64,000 nt of DNA from Camelus ferus (Eukaryota): contig NC_045697.1 of assembly GCF_009834535.1 (NCBI RefSeq), positions 39,682,001 to 39,746,000 of the forward strand, read 5' to 3'. The notes beneath the pieces are model-generated. The model did not search any database. It was not told where the DNA came from and worked only from the letters and a program-made list of their open reading frames with translations. How positions within the stretch are numbered: position 1 is the first letter of the stretch; each line of letters starts with the position of its first letter. Shown here in pieces: positions 63,180 through 64,000 of the stretch. The translations under genes were made by a program, and so were the position numbers.

Positions 63180-63228
63180 TACAAACGCTAATTATCTCAC
63201 ACGCACACAAAAAAAAACACAAAAACAA
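63047..63228 (+). mobile_element. tRNA-derived SINE (Vic-1-like) with a (TAGA)n(CAGA)n tail
   Basis: SINE head with A and B boxes; TSD ACCTAGGAAGG at 63037-63047 and 63229-63239. Confidence 0.9.
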
Positions 63229-63268
63229 ACCTAGGAAGGCACTTAGAGGAATATATGGAAGGGCTCAC

Positions 63269-63439
63269 TTTGAGAGGCTTTTTCAAATCAATATCAGAAT
63301 GAATGCTCAGCTCTCTTAGGGCATCTCCGACAAGGTTGTTCCTGCGAACGTGAAGGACCAGGAAGGGGCTTCTGGCCAGCAGAGGCTCCAAGGTGAGAAG
63401 CATAAAGACATTCTGCAGGTTGGCTCCATTGACCGCCAC
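63269..63439 (-). CDS. HERC3: HERC3 exon (gene continues beyond the window)
   Basis: Acceptor ttccag| and donor |gtgagc; 171 nt; encodes VAVNGANLQNVFMLLTLEPLLARSPFLVLHVRRNNLVGDALRELSIHSDIDLKKPLK. Confidence 0.97.
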
Positions 63440-64000
63440 CTGGAACAGCACATCCAAGAACACAATTACCATTCTGAGTGCACCTGGGAGCAAGGACAGC
63501 AGCAGCCGTGCCTCTGGACCCGGGCGGGGGTGGGGTGGGGGGGTGGGGGCGAGCTGACTGCATCTCCATTTTGTTCTTTGTTTCCCTCCTAACTTTTCCA
63601 GTAGATTTTGTAAGTTACTCATGATTACAAAACATACAAATCTTTCTAATCTGAACCCAAAGAGATTAACTGAAGCACTTTATAAACCATATGATCCATA
63701 ACTCGTTCCAGGAAAATGATTTAGACTAAGCTGATTAAGAGTGGAATAACAGTGCTGTGGAAGAAAGTGAGGATGGAGAGTGGGTAAAAGCCAGCACTTT
63801 CAAAGCGGCAGGCAAAGAAACCTTGCAACCATTTGCTAAGTGGTTTTTATTCTTTGAAAAATGTCCATTTCCTCTGGAGAACTTTGAAGTTGTCATTGTC
63901 ATGGATATATCACTGTGAAAACATATATATATGTATATATATATAGAGAGAGAGAGAGATAGGAGCTACAGAGACACAGAAAGACAGGGAGAGGAAGATG

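Noticed and set aside
63521..63549. G-quadruplex-capable G-runs, also at ~43718-43742 and ~44065-44098
   Set aside because: Common in GC-rich intronic and promoter DNA; nothing specific points to a function.

Overview
This is mammalian genomic DNA, probably from a camelid: it carries three copies of a tRNA-derived SINE with the head GGGGAGGGTA-AGCT-AGTGGTAGAGCGCATGCTTAGCATG. It covers the FAM13A / HERC3 / NAP1L5 locus. The last three coding exons and 3'UTR of FAM13A (+ strand, stop at 6439-6441) converge on the last eight exons of HERC3 (- strand, HECT domain, stop at 26831-26833). The intronless retrogene NAP1L5 (+ strand, CDS 44370-44945, CpG-island promoter) lies antisense inside a 26.3 kb HERC3 intron. 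That intron also holds a two-LTR defective ERV1-class provirus with a nested solo LTR, MLT2/MaLR pieces and L1 fragments, and a decayed ~7 kb L1 lies between FAM13A and HERC3. The most interesting signals cluster around the nested gene, whose orthologues are imprinted in mouse and human: (1) ten ZFP57 hexamers, five of them written by poly-alanine codons; (2) a frameshifted fossil of the lost NAP domain in the NAP1L5 3'UTR; (3) a TSD-flanked retroposed orphan mRNA 3' end that places a HERC3-sense AATAAA in this intron, where intronic polyadenylation would yield a HERC3 lacking its catalytic cysteine. I see no wholly new gene system. Gene and repeat family names come from my recognition of the sequence, not from database searches, and repeat boundaries without TSDs are approximate.
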